DNA of 64,000 bases from contig NC_087447.1 in assembly GCF_036321535.1 (NCBI RefSeq), positions 49,912,001 through 49,976,000 on the forward strand. The letters run 5' to 3'. A program made the position numbers and the translations under genes. This DNA is from Camelus dromedarius (Eukaryota). The notes below the pieces were generated by a model. It worked only from the letters and a program-made list of their open reading frames with translations, ran no database searches and had not been told where the DNA came from. Positions 1 to 12,149 of this stretch are shown here, one piece after another. How positions within the stretch are numbered: the stretch's first letter is position 1; each line of letters begins with the position of its first letter.

Positions 1-140
1 ATTATTGGGTGTGTAGTGCTTTCTTATTTTGGCTTATAATTGTATTTCTGTTATGAACATTTTTCTTATCTTTATTGGTTATTCATGTTTAAGAGGTGTC
101 ATTTTAAATATTTTTGCCCATTAAAAAAAGAAAAACTCTT

Positions 141-199
141 AAAAAAACAAAAAATCAAAAAAATTTACAAAAATACAAAATATATATATACATATATAT
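141..199 (+). mobile_element. A-rich/(TA)n insertion flanked by a 15-bp direct repeat (decayed poly(A)-only retro-insertion)
   Basis: aaaagaaaaactctt at 126-140 and 200-214; TT|AAAA L1-endonuclease-type site at 121-126. Confidence 0.55.
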
Positions 200-214
200 A
201 AAAGAAAAACTCTT

Positions 215-1500
215 GATTTAGATTTCTAGAAAACTTGCAAAAATAGTTCCGAGAGCTTTCATTACACCTTTCATCCAGTTTCCCCTAATGTTAACCTCTT
301 GTATGACCGTGTTTTTTGACATTGTACATACGACTTGGTATATCATCAAACCAAAAAATTAACGTTGCTATATCACTATTAACTATGGACTTTATTCGGG
401 TTTCACCAATGTTTCCACTAAAGTCTTTTATTTTACAGTATTTTTAGATTTATAGAAATATTACAAAGATAGTACAGAGAGTTACCCTGTAAACCCCACA
501 CCCAGTTTCTCCCATTATTAATAGGTATTTTATAGAATATCCTTTGATTGGGATTTGTCTGATGTTTTGTTGTGATTAGACTAGGTCCTAATGTCTTTTT
601 TTAATTCCAATATCTAGTCCAGGATACCACATTGGATTTAGTCATCATGACTTCCTAGGTTTCTCTAATCTTTGACAGTTTTTCTTTCTTTCCTATTTTT
701 AAGTCACTGTGACAAATCACTGTTGATAACCTTGATCACTTGGTTAAGGTAATGTCTCCCAGGTTTATCCTCTCTAAAGTTCCCTTTCCATGCTCAGTTT
801 TTTGAAACCAAGGTAGTAAGTCCTGTCTTTACTCAAGAAGAGGAGACTTAAGCTCCACCTCCTGGAAGGGAGACTATCTACATACATTATTCGGCATTTT
901 CTTGTGAAGATTTGTCCCTTCTCCCCACCACTCCCACTTATTTTTTATTCAATCATTTATTTATCAGTATAGATTTGTGTATATTTATTTTATACTTTAG
1001 GTTATAATCTGATACTATGTTATTTATTTTCTTGCTTCAACAGTGACATTGAGAGTTCTTTCAAGTTGGCTCCTGTGCCTTTTTAACATGCCTCCTTTTT
1101 TGTTCGTTTGTTTTTTAAAGCAGGTTCTTAATTTCTGGCACTGTGTGATCCAGGCTCATCATGTATTTCCCCTGTCTCAGCCCTAGAAACAGCCATTTCT
1201 CCTAGGATTCCTGTTCCTTTCATTGGATAATGGTATTTAGAAACAAGGTCTGGGCACTGGGTGTGCTTGTTGCTGCTGAGTTGTAACCGCTTCTAGGCCC
1301 TCTTAGTGAACAGAGCCGGTGCACACAAACATCTGTTTCTCTCTGTATTGCAATTAATGTGAGTTCATACTAATATATTCAACTCTAACACCACAGAGTT
1401 TATTCTAGCCACGCCCCACTCATTTTGTTTATTTGTAGTATCTTTTCTGATAGTGAGAAACCATTACCTACAATTTATTTGCTTATTTTTTCAGTCCTAG
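215..1500 (-). mobile_element. Old L1 3'UTR (L1MC-type), with a nested L1MC 3' fragment at ~430-587
   Basis: Recognisable L1MC 3'-end motifs (cccagtttcccctaatgttaac; gatagtacagagagtt). ctaa[a/t]gtctttt repeats at 418-429 and 588-599 flank the nested piece. Confidence 0.7.
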
Positions 1501-1519
1501 TTTACAAGTCAAGTAGGTT

Positions 1520-4310
1520 CAGATTTTTTCCCTTATTTTTAAATGGTATTTTGTGTTCTTATGTTGTGGTTAAAGACTGTGGGCATGCATGTATGTGTGT
1601 GTATATTTTTTTTCCTGGATATAAGTCCTTTTTCTGATATGTATGTTGGGAATATTTTCTTCCAGTCTGTGGCTTGCCTTTTTGTGTTCTTAATGATGCT
1701 TCCTGAAGCACGAAAATTTAAAGTTTAATGAAATCCAATGTATTTTTTTAAATTTATTTTGTGGTTAGGGCTTTTTATGTTCTTTATAAGAAATCTGTGC
1801 CCAACCCCAAATCACACAAGTTTTCTCCTCTGTTTTGTGCTAGAAGTTTATAGTTTTGGGCTTTACATTTAGATCTATGATCCATCTCAAATTTAGTTTT
1901 TTTATGAGTTAAGTGAGGCAGTGCTTTCTTTATGAATATTCAGTAGATTTAGCATCATTTCTTTCCTTTCCCCATTTAATTGTGTGGAAATGTTTGTCTA
2001 AAATCAGTTCATTTTATGTGTGCTTCTATCTCTGGATTCTCTGGTTCCATTGATCTGTATGTATATCCTTCACCAACTCTTATTATTATAGATTTGTCTG
2101 CTTAAAAACAGATGGGGTAAGTCCTCCAACTGCGTTGTCTTTTTAAAAGTTTCTGTGGGTTTTCTAGGTTCTTTTTATTTAGATGTGAATTTGAAAATCG
2201 GTTTACCAGTTTCTACAGAAAAAAAAAGAAAAGCCTGGTGGAATTTTGATTAGGGTTTGTAGGTCATTTTGTTGAGAATTGCCATCTTAACAGTATCAAG
2301 TTCTCCAATCTGTGAACATGACATATATCTCTTTTATTTTGATTTTTTCTTTAATTCTCTTAGTAATATTTTATGGCTTTCACTGTAGAGATTCTGGACA
2401 TCTTTAATTAGAGCTAATTCTAAGTATTTTATGGGAGGTTTTTTGTTTGTTTTTGGCATTGTTGTGTATGGGATTATTTTTGAATTTTTATTCCTCATGT
2501 GTTTCCTGCTAGTATATAAGACTACAACTCATTTTAATTTAGTAACCTTGTGTCTTGCAATCTTGTTATAGTAACTTTTTTGTTCTCATAGTTATTTTGA
2601 AGATTTCTTGAGATTTTCTACATAAATAATCATACCTGCAAACTTGGACTGCTTTATGCACTTAATTTTTCTGCCTTATTTCAGTAGCTAGGACAATGTT
2701 GAATAAAAATGATAAAGATGGAAGTCCGTTATTTGTTCCTGATCATAGGGGAAACGATTCGTCCTCTTTTCTCCATTAAATATAATGTTAGCAATGCCTT
2801 TATTGGTTTAAGGAAGTTCCTGCTTATTCTTAGTTTCTGAATTCTTATCATGAATGGATGTTGAATTTTGTCAAATGCTTTTTCTACATATGTGAAAATA
2901 AATAATTATGGGATTTTCTTCTTGATTCTGTTACGTGGTGAACTGCGTTGATTTCATTTCAGATGTTTAACTAACATTGCATTTCTGGGATAAACCTGAG
3001 TTGGTTATAGTACATAATGTTTTTTGTATCTTGCTGGATTTGATCTGGTACAAATTTAAGGATTTTGTGCCAATATTTATTGGGAATATTGGGATGCAGT
3101 GTTTTAAATTACTTTGTTAGATTGGTATTAGGATTATGGTAGTCTGGTACAATTAGTTGGGCAGCGTTCATTTTTCCTAATCCATCTTGACTAGAAACAG
3201 AATCCTCCTGGATTTTTAATATTTTCAAATACTCTGCTGAGATTTCATGTCTTTTTGTTCATTATGAGAATATTTTACTTTTCTTCAGTCAGCATATTTA
3301 TAATAGTGGCTTTAAAGTTCTTATCTGATAATTTTAACATCTGGGTCATCTCAGAGTTGGCATTTTTTAAAAAAATTGAAGTATAGTCAGTTTGCAATAT
3401 TGTATCAATTTCTGGTGTACAGCATAAAGTTTCAATCATATATATATACATATATTTGTTTTCATATTCTTTTTCATTATAGGTTACCACAAGATATTGA
3501 ATGTAGTTTCCTGTGCTGGACAGTAGAAACGTGTTTATCTGTTTTTATGAGGATTTTCCTTGTAGGTCTGATAGTAAGAGATATTCTACTAAGGTTCAAC
3601 CGGTGTTTTGTGTGAATTGTTCCGTGTATAGATACAGTTTTTGTTGTATTCGTGGGAAAGGGTGAGCACCGCCGTCCTTCTACTCCACCGTCTTGGCATT
3701 CCTCTTCAAGTTGGCCTATGTTGATTGTCTTTTCCCTAGAGAATGAGTCACATATCGTGGCTTTTCATATACTGGGTAATACTGCATAGTATCCTGGACA
3801 TTGTGAATGTAATTTTGTGGAATCTCTGGATTTTGTTGCTTTGCTCCAAAGGATATTGATGTTCTAATTTTAGCGGGAAGTTAACTTGGTTCAGCTCAAA
3901 CTGCCATGCCTGTGATGGACACTGGCTCAGATTTCAGTTCAGTACTCAGATCCTTAGGCGTGGCTGCTTTCTGTTTGCTTCATGCATGTATGATTTAGGC
4001 TTCAGAGACTTAGATTGAATTTAGACAGAATTTGGGGTTCCCATTCTCTGCGTCCTCCATTCTGGATTGCCTAACCTCTTTCCCCTGGTTTCTCCTGCCA
4101 GAAAGATAGTTGTCTTTTTGTTGCAGTTTAACCGTGGATACCCTCAGGGCAAAGTCATAGAAAAGGGGAATTTCACTCTGCATGTTGGTTGTTTGCACTA
4201 GGTTCAGACTTTACTCTAAAATCTGCCTGCCATTGATCAATCTTTAGACCCCTCAAGTAGTAGCTTTGTGTATTTTATCAAGTCTATAGCTGTTATTTAT
4301 AGGAGAACCA
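1520..4310 (-). mobile_element. Degraded old L1 (ORF2 fragments, then ORF1/5' region), interrupted at 3362-3704
   Basis: Antisense L1 ORF2 motifs (gaatggatgttgaattttgtcaaatgctttttct; aggaagttcc). The L1 text continues across the insertion (gtcatctcagagttggc|ctatgttgattgtctttt). Confidence 0.8.
3362..3704 (-). mobile_element. Bipartite L1-derived short element, copy 1 (L1 5'UTR 3539-3704 joined to L1 3' end 3362-3538)
   Basis: Reverse complement starts GAGGAATGCCAAGACGGTGGAGTAGAAGGAC (L1 5' end) and ends ...CTGACTATACTTCAATTTTTTTAAAAAA. TSD agttggc at 3355-3361 and 3709-3715. Colinear with 18420-18758. Confidence 0.8.
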
Positions 4311-4744
4311 ATTTGTTAGGTACTCTTTCTCTTGTACGTTTTATTATTATATATATTTTTTTGCTCTGTCTTCCTAGCTGGACCTGAGTTCTATGCCTTG
4401 ATAATGCCACTGAGTCTATGAAATTAATGGATTGGATTAAATATTTTACTAAGGAAAAATTTTCTCTTTCTTAGTGGTTGAGCAGGTATAGGTACAATAG
4501 AGGCAACCTGTAAATGACATTTTAAAGCATATTTGTTAACTTATAGCACAACTGCTATAGTTCTAAACCTTTTTTTCAGATTGCTAATTATTTCCACTTT
4601 TTATGGGAAAACTAATATAGATGAATAATGCCCTAAACCACTCAAGAGCCCTTAACACTCTGAAAATTGTAAAGATTTCAGAGAATTTAGGGTATAGCTA
4701 TTGATAATGCCTAAGTTAATAAATGACAGGTGAATCCTCACATT

Positions 4745-4942
4745 TACTATGCAGTCAATCTGTTGTGATATCACAAATCTTATAGACTCTGGAAAACTCC
4801 ACCATACGGTCGTGAGGAAATGAGAGTGAAAAAGAGAGATAACAGCTTAGTATTATTATGAAAATATTTTTGATCTCACAGACTCTGAAATGGTCTTAGC
4901 AACCCTCATGGTTTCCTGGACCATGCTTTGATAACTTTTGCC
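4745..4942. mobile_element. hAT-Charlie DNA transposon remnant (MER119-like)
   Basis: ctctggaaaactccacc...gagagtgaaaaag...ttagtattattatgaaaata...ggaccatgctttgataac resembles the recalled MER119 terminal part. Confidence 0.55.
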
Positions 4943-6799
4943 TAAGCCTTTTTGGCTCCACTGTAATCTGTGAGGAGAAAATTGTTTACTTTAATACGTC
5001 ATTTACAGATCAGTCTGTCCTCCTGAAATGAATCTTTAACATAGCGCACCACTGTTTTTGTAAAGAGACATAAATGTGTGTGTGCTTGCAAATACATGAA
5101 TGTATCCGTGATTTTTCAGATCAGATACAGTGTTGTATGAAAACACCAAAATCTAATTAAAAGTGATCCATTGGAGATGCACGTATGACATTAACTATAC
5201 TTGGAGTAAACAGATAAGTAGAACACAGAAACCCATTAGAAGATACTTCTGGAACATTAAGATCTTTGAGTCCTTAAATGCATTTGAAAAGAAGCAGAAC
5301 CAGATTCCATTTGGGTAGGGTTTGTTTACTCATCAGAAATTAGAGCCAACAATCCTGGTTTTGAATGACTTGATATATTCCTGTCAATGGGCCAGTTTTT
5401 GCACAGGGACCATAACACAAACACATTATATACACGCCTTCCTGAATTAGTTTAGTGTTTAGATTAACTTGTACCCTTAGTCTTTGATTCTAGTAAACAT
5501 AACCCAATTTGAGCACGTACCCTGGAATAGAGCATATTAACCCCTACCTATGCATATCCCTGTGTTCTCTGAAGAGTTGTTTTTCTTTTCTATTTTTTTT
5601 TCTCTACCTAAGTAGAATTCAGTTTACATATTTTGTGGAAAAATACAAGTTAAGGAAATTGAACACTTACTTCTTTGTGGAAAAAGATTGCTTCCTAGGA
5701 ATTTACCTATTTTTTTCCCTCAGTGATGTAAAAACAGTGATCACACTATTGGATTACCAAAGAAACCCCAATTGTTTCTTGATTCCTTTTTCTTTAATGA
5801 TAGGCAACCTCATTGACTTTTGGTCTTTGTTTTTATAGAGAATTGGCAGGGCAAAATGACTTCTGTCTCCCCTAGACCCAAGCCCTTAGAAAGCAGAAAC
5901 CATTTCTCATTTATCAAGAAGCACATAGAAGGACCTTCATAAATATTTGATTTGTTCAGAAAAAAATTGCTTAGGAATGTTTTATATTTCAAAGAATTTT
6001 CCAGTCAAATATGATAATGATGATTGGAAATAAGCCTTACTGCTTGTTTTCTTGGCTTGAATGTCTTTAACAGATGACCATACCATCTGTTTAGAATCAG
6101 TATTTCAGAAATGAGGAAGAAAGCATTTGGGGTGAGAAATGATAGCTGTAAAGTACTTTCCACACAACTGCCAGAAGTCATTTTCCATGCCCGTTGCTTT
6201 AGCAAGGCCATACCATTATTCATCTCACCAAGTACCCTTGCTTCCTCATTGTCTGAATCAAGTAGAAGCTGACTTTTTCCTTTTAAAATTTTCCACCAGC
6301 TCATCCCAGGACTTAGTACCCTGTTCAGTTTACTTAATGAGTGGTCCCCCACCATTAAATTTTTATTTAGTATATGTCTTAGGAAGGAACTAGGTACAGC
6401 CAAATTGCTGTTTGGTTAAGATTTATGTCATGGAAAATCATGAAAAGCATGTTATTGACACTATTGATAAAGACCAGGAGAGAAGGGGACACATTCATAG
6501 TGCAGTAATTGTGTGTAAATGCAGACACCTGCTCCACATCTATGTTCATTGTAGGGGTAAGATTTCAGATTTTATCTAGAGACAAATTCTGGCAAGGTAT
6601 TTAGATTTTAAAAAGGAGTCTGAATAAACTTTAAGCCATGGTTTCATAGGTTAAAGTAGGAAATATTTTTATGGAAAGATAAGTTAACAAACTAATTTAG
6701 CAAACAATTGTATCATTGGTGGAATGTATCTGGGATTTGTTTTAGTAAGTGAGCATTCAATAAAATTGACTTTTTTTGAGGTACAGTTCTATCACTTTT

Positions 6800-9700
6800 A
6801 AAAAAGTGAGCTTTATTATATTAGAGTGGCACATTTGTTATAATTGTTGAATCAATATTAATATAATATTATTAACTAAACTCTAGTTTACATTAGGGTT
6901 CACTCTTTGTGTTGTATCATTTTATGAGCTTTGACAAATCCACAGTGTCAGGTATCCACCATTACAGTTTCATACAGAATTGTTCCACTGGCCTCGCTGG
7001 CCTAAACCCCTCCTCCCCCCATCCTCCACCTGTTTATCCTTTTCCCTTCCCTTGGAACACCTGGCAACAACTGATCTTTTTACTGTCTCCACAGTTTTGC
7101 CTTTTTCAGAATGTAATATAGTTGGAGTCGTACAGTATGTAGCTTTTTCAGATTGGCTTCCTTTCTTTAGCAGTATGTATTAAAGTTCCTCCATGTCTTT
7201 ACATAGCTTTTCACAGCTCATTTCTTTTTATTGCTGCATAATACTCTATTGTTATTGGATATGCCACAGTTTATCTTTTACTCTATTGAGGTACATCTTG
7301 GTTTCTTCGAGTTTTTGCAATTATTAATAAAAGCTGCTATAGACATTTATATGTAGGTTTTTGTATGAACACAAGTATTCAACTCATCTGGGTAAATATC
7401 TAGGAGTGTAGTTGCTGGATCATATAGTAAACCTATGTTCAGTTTTGTAAGAAATTGCCAGGTCATGTTCTAAAATGACTAGCACTTTACATTGCCATCA
7501 ACAATGAATGAAAGTTCCTGTTGCTCCACATCCTTGCCAGCATTTAGTATTGACAGTGTTTTGGACTTAAGCTATTCTAATAGGTGTGTAGTGTTGTTAA
7601 ATGGTTGTTTTAATTTGCAATTCTCTGATGACTTATAATATTGAGCATTTTTTCATTTATTATCTCTAATCTTTGGTGAGGTAGCAGTTCAGATCTTTTG
7701 CCCATTTTTAAATTGGGTTGCTTGTTTTTCTGTTGTTGAGTTTTTAGAGTTCTTTGTGTATTCTGTATTACATTCCTTTATCAGATAAATGGTTTTCAAA
7801 TATTTCCTCCCAGTCTGTGGCTTGTCTTTTCATTCTATTAATAGTCATTTTTGCAGAGCAGAAGTTGTAATTGTAATGAAGTCCAGCTTAACGATTTCTT
7901 CTTTCATTACTCATGTATTTTGTGTATGTAAAAAGTCATCTCCAAGCCCAAGGTCACCTAGATTTTCTCCAATGTTATCTTCCAGAAGTTGTATAATAAC
8001 TTTTATTTCACATTTAGATCTGTGTTTCATTTTGAGTTAATTTTTATGAAAGGTACAGGTCTAAATCTAAATTTTTGGTTTTAATTTTGTTTTCTTGTAT
8101 GTGAGTGTCCAGTGGTTCCTGCACCATTTGGTGAAAAGGCTATCCTTTCTCCACTGAATTGCTTTTGTTCCTTTGTCAAAGATTAATTGACTATGTCTGA
8201 GTGTGTCTATTTCTGGGCTCTGTATTCTGTTCCACTGATTTATTTCTCTGTTCTTTTGCCCATACCACAATGTCTTCATTATTGTAGCTTTATGGTAAGT
8301 CTTGACATTAGATAGTCTTCCAACTTTGTTCTTCTCCTTCAGTATGTATTGGTTCTTCTGGGTTTTTTTCCCTTTTGGTATAAACTTTAGAATCAGTTTG
8401 TTGATACCCACAAAATAATTCGCTGGGATCTCACTGAATCTATAGATCAAGTTGGGAAAAACTGACATCTTAATAATGTCTTCCTATCCATGAACATGGA
8501 CAACTTTCTCCACTTATTTGGATCGCCTTGATTTCCTTCTTCAGAGTTTTGTAATTTTCTTCACATAGATCTTGTACATATTTTGTTAGGTTTGTATCTA
8601 AATATTTTATTTTTTGTACTAGTGTAATTTATGTTGTGTTTTCAATTTTAAATTCCTATTATTCCTCGCTGTTACTTAAGAAAGCAGTTGACTTTTGTGC
8701 ATTAACTCTGTATCATGGAATTTTGCTATAATACACTTACTAGTTTCAGGAGGTTTGGGGTTGGTTCTTTGTTTTTTTATTTTTGTTTCTGTTTTGTTGA
8801 TTCTTTCCAATTTTCTACATAGACAATTATATCACCTGTAAACAAAGTTAATTTTATTTCTTCTTTCCCAATATGTATAGCTTTTATTTCCTTTTCTTGG
8901 TGTTGCATAGCTAGAACTGTCAGTACATGTTTAATAGAATGGTGAAAGGAACTTAGGGAGAAGCATCTGGTTTCTCACCAGTAAGTATTTTGGCAAATAT
9001 TGGTAGGTTTTTCAGCAAGTATTCTTTACCAAATTGATGAAGTTTTCCTTTATTCTTAGTTTGCTGAGAGTTTTTTAAAAATCATACATGGGGGTTGAAT
9101 TTTATCACATACTTTTTCAGCATCTATTAATATGGTTATATGATGTTTCTTCTTTAGCCTGGATGATGTGGTAAAATCCATTAATTGATTTTTGAAAGTC
9201 GAACCTACCTTGCATACCTGGAATATAGTTCATCTGGCCATGGTATATAATTCTCTTATACATTGATGGATTTGATTTGCTAATATTTTGTTAAGGATTT
9301 TGCATTTATATTCATGAGAGATACTGGTCTGTAATTTTCCTTTCTAGTGGTGTCTTTTTTTTTTTTTTTTTTTTTTTTTTTACTGAAGTATAGTCAGTTT
9401 GCAGTGTTGTGTCTAGCGGTGTCTTTGGGTTTGGTATTAGGATGATGCTGGTCTCATGGAATGAGTTAGGAAGTTCTTCTATATTTTGGAAGAGATTTTT
9501 TAAAACTGTATTATGCCTTATTTAAATGTTTGGTAAAATTCACCAGTGAAACCATCTGGGCTGATGCTTTCTGTTTTGGAAGATTATTAACTATTGATTT
9601 AATTTATTTTATGATAGAGGCCTATTCAGATTATCTATTTCTCCTAGTATGAGTTTCAGTAGTGTCGTTTCAAGGAATTGATCCATTTCATTTGAGTTAT

Positions 9701-10915
9701 CAAATTTGTGAACATAAAGTTGTTTATAATATTCTTAATTGTTTTTAATGTCCATGAGATCAGTTGTGGTGGCCCCCCTTTCATTCCTAAAATTAGTAAT
9801 TTCTGTCTTTTCCCTTGGTTAGCCTGACTAGCATTTTATCAATCTTATTGACCTTTTCAAAAACACAGCTTTTGGTTTTGCTTACTTTGTGATTTAATTT
9901 ATTCTGTTTGGACTTCATTACCTTTTTGAATCTTTAGATTTATTTCTTTTGCCTAATTTGGGAAGTTTTTAGCCATTATTTCTATGAGTACTTTTTTATT
10001 CCTGCACACTTTTTCCTTTCCTTTTTGCACTTGATGATGCAAATATTAGGTCTTTTGGTATCATTTTGCAGATGCCTGAGGCTGTTCATTTTTCTGTTTA
10101 AATTGGGTAGTTTCTATTGTTGTGTCTTCCAGATTAAAGATTCTTTTCTCTATTTCTTACATTCTGCTGTTGAGGTTGAGTTTTTTATTCCAGTTCTTAT
10201 ATCTTCATCTTCTTTACTGAGATTTTCTATTTCTTTGCCAAAATATTCTATTTTTGCATTTGTTTCAAGCATGTTCTTAATTTCTAGTCAAGCATTTTTG
10301 TGATGAATATTCTCAGGTCTTTGCCTGATAATGGTAACATGTCTGTTATCTCATGCTGGCATCTATTGATTATCCTTTTTCAGTTACTTTGACATCTTTC
10401 TGGTTCTTGATATAAGTGATTTTAATGGAACCTTGTACATTTTGGGTATCATGAGTCTTTGGGTCTTATTTATACTTTCTATTTTACCTAGCTTCCTTTG
10501 ACACCTCTGGTAGGGGAAGGAAAAAAATGCCTTCTGATTACTACCAGGAAAGGGTGGAAGTCCAAGTTCCCCAGGAAGTGTCCATTGACACCCATGTGGC
10601 AGAGGGGCCTGGGGAGGGCTTGTTATGCTCACTAGGATTGGGAGTTCCAGCTGCCCACATAGGGGATAGAGTGGCCTCAGTAGTGCCATGTAGTAGTGAA
10701 AGTTTTGACTCTCCACTAGGCCGCTGATACCACCTAGCAGGGAGGGAGAGGATTATCTTGTTATTGCTGCAAGTCTGGGCTCTCTCTGTGGTGTCCACTG
10801 ATATGATAGGAGGCTTGGTTGGTTACCATCTGGAAGAAATGAAAGCTTCAGGTTGCTATTTGGCTTTCTTTGAAATCTGAGGATATTGGAGCACCTTGGT
10901 TCAGCTTGGCAAGGT
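6800..10915 (-). mobile_element. Long old L1 (L1MC1/2-type 3'UTR, ORF2 remnants, ORF1/5' remnant)
   Basis: ORF 8067..8468(-) (..IPANYF..KLILKF..WNRIQSPEI..QLIFDKGTKAIQWRKDSLFTKWC) is clearly L1 ORF2p-like; many frameshifts. Confidence 0.88.
9358..9411 (-). mobile_element. Extremely 5'-truncated young L1-type insertion (~30 nt plus poly(A))
   Basis: T27 run at 9355-9381, then actgaagtatagtcagtttgcagtgttgtg. TSD tctag[t/c]ggtgtcttt at 9343-9357 and 9412-9426. Confidence 0.85.
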
Positions 10916-10919
10916 TGGA

Positions 10920-11290
10920 AATCTACTTTTTGTTTCTATAGATTTGGCTATTTTGGACATTTCATATAAATGGAGTCTGTAGCCATTTAAACCTGGCTTC
11001 TTTCACTTAGCATAATGTTTTCAAGATTTGTCCATGTTGTAGCATCAGTACTTCATTTCTTGTTATTGCCAAGTAATATTCCATTGTATGGATATACCAT
11101 GTTCTATTTATCCATCAGATGATGGACATTTGGACTAATTCCACATTTGGCTATTATGAATATTGCCACTATGAACATTCATATTCATGTTTTTGTGTAG
11201 ACATATTTTTGATTCTGTTGGGTATATACATGTGTCTAGGAGTGAAATTACTGGGTCCTGTAGTAGCTCTGTGTTTAACATTTTGAGAAC
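10920..11290 (-). mobile_element. L1MB-type 3' fragment
   Basis: ggacatttcatataaatgga...ttcacttagcataatgttttcaag...atggacatttgg. Confidence 0.75.
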
Positions 11291-11297
11291 TCCATTT

Positions 11298-11571
11298 TTT
11301 TTAACAGTAATGTGTGTTAATCTCCTCCTCACCCTTTCCCCTTTGGTAACCATAGTTATTTTCTATGTCTGTGAGTTTGTTTTTGGTTTGTAAATAGAAT
11401 TTGTATCTTTTTTTTTAGATTCTGTATGTAAGTGATATCATTTGATATTTGTCTTTCTCTGACTTTATCAATCTAATAATCTCTAGGTCCATCCATGTTG
11501 CTACAAATGGCAATATTTCATTCTTTTTATGGCTACGTGTGTACACACACACACCACATCTTCTTTTCTTT
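11298..11571 (-). mobile_element. Cetartiodactyl-type L1 3'UTR fragment lacking the terminal ~170 nt
   Basis: ctttggtaaccatag..ttctatgtctgtgag..ctctaggtccatccatgttgc; possible 8-bp TSD ctccattt at 11290-11297 and 11572-11579. Confidence 0.65.
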
Positions 11572-11905
11572 CTCCATTTCCTTTTTACTATTATTTTTTG
11601 TCTTGGGTCTTTTTTTATTGTGATGTCAAGAAAGAGGCCTGAGATATTTTGTAGTGTGTTTTGGATTTTAGAAAGAACTGTTTCTTTCTAAAGATCTTAG
11701 ATTTATTTCTACTCTATTCTTTGCTTACGTCTGTGTTTGTTCCATTAAAATGACAGGTGCCACTAATTAAGTTACTCAAAAGATCTATAAGTTACATGAG
11801 TATTAAAGTGCTGAATCAGTAATATTTCAAAACATTGTGAATGTTCAGTTACTCAAATTCATGACTTTTCTATTCATAAATTTACCTGTGCTTTTAATTA
11901 TTTAG

Positions 11906-12037
<132 letters not shown>

Positions 12038-12149
12038 TAAAAACAGCATACAAACAGCCTAACCTACACATACAGTAATTTTCATTTCTTCTTCTCCATA
12101 GGCTCAAATAGTCATCTTTGTATAAATATACTGATAACAATTAAAAAAT

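Noticed and set aside
3275..3490. 71-aa ORF as a product of the bipartite element
   Set aside because: It runs out of the element's tail into the host L1 and is not preserved in copy 2.
6005..6403. 132-aa minus-strand ORF in unique sequence
   Set aside because: Non-ATG start, no recognisable domain, and no splice or promoter support.
8067..8468. 133-aa ORF as a functional protein
   Set aside because: It is a fragment of decayed L1 ORF2 with surrounding frameshifts.
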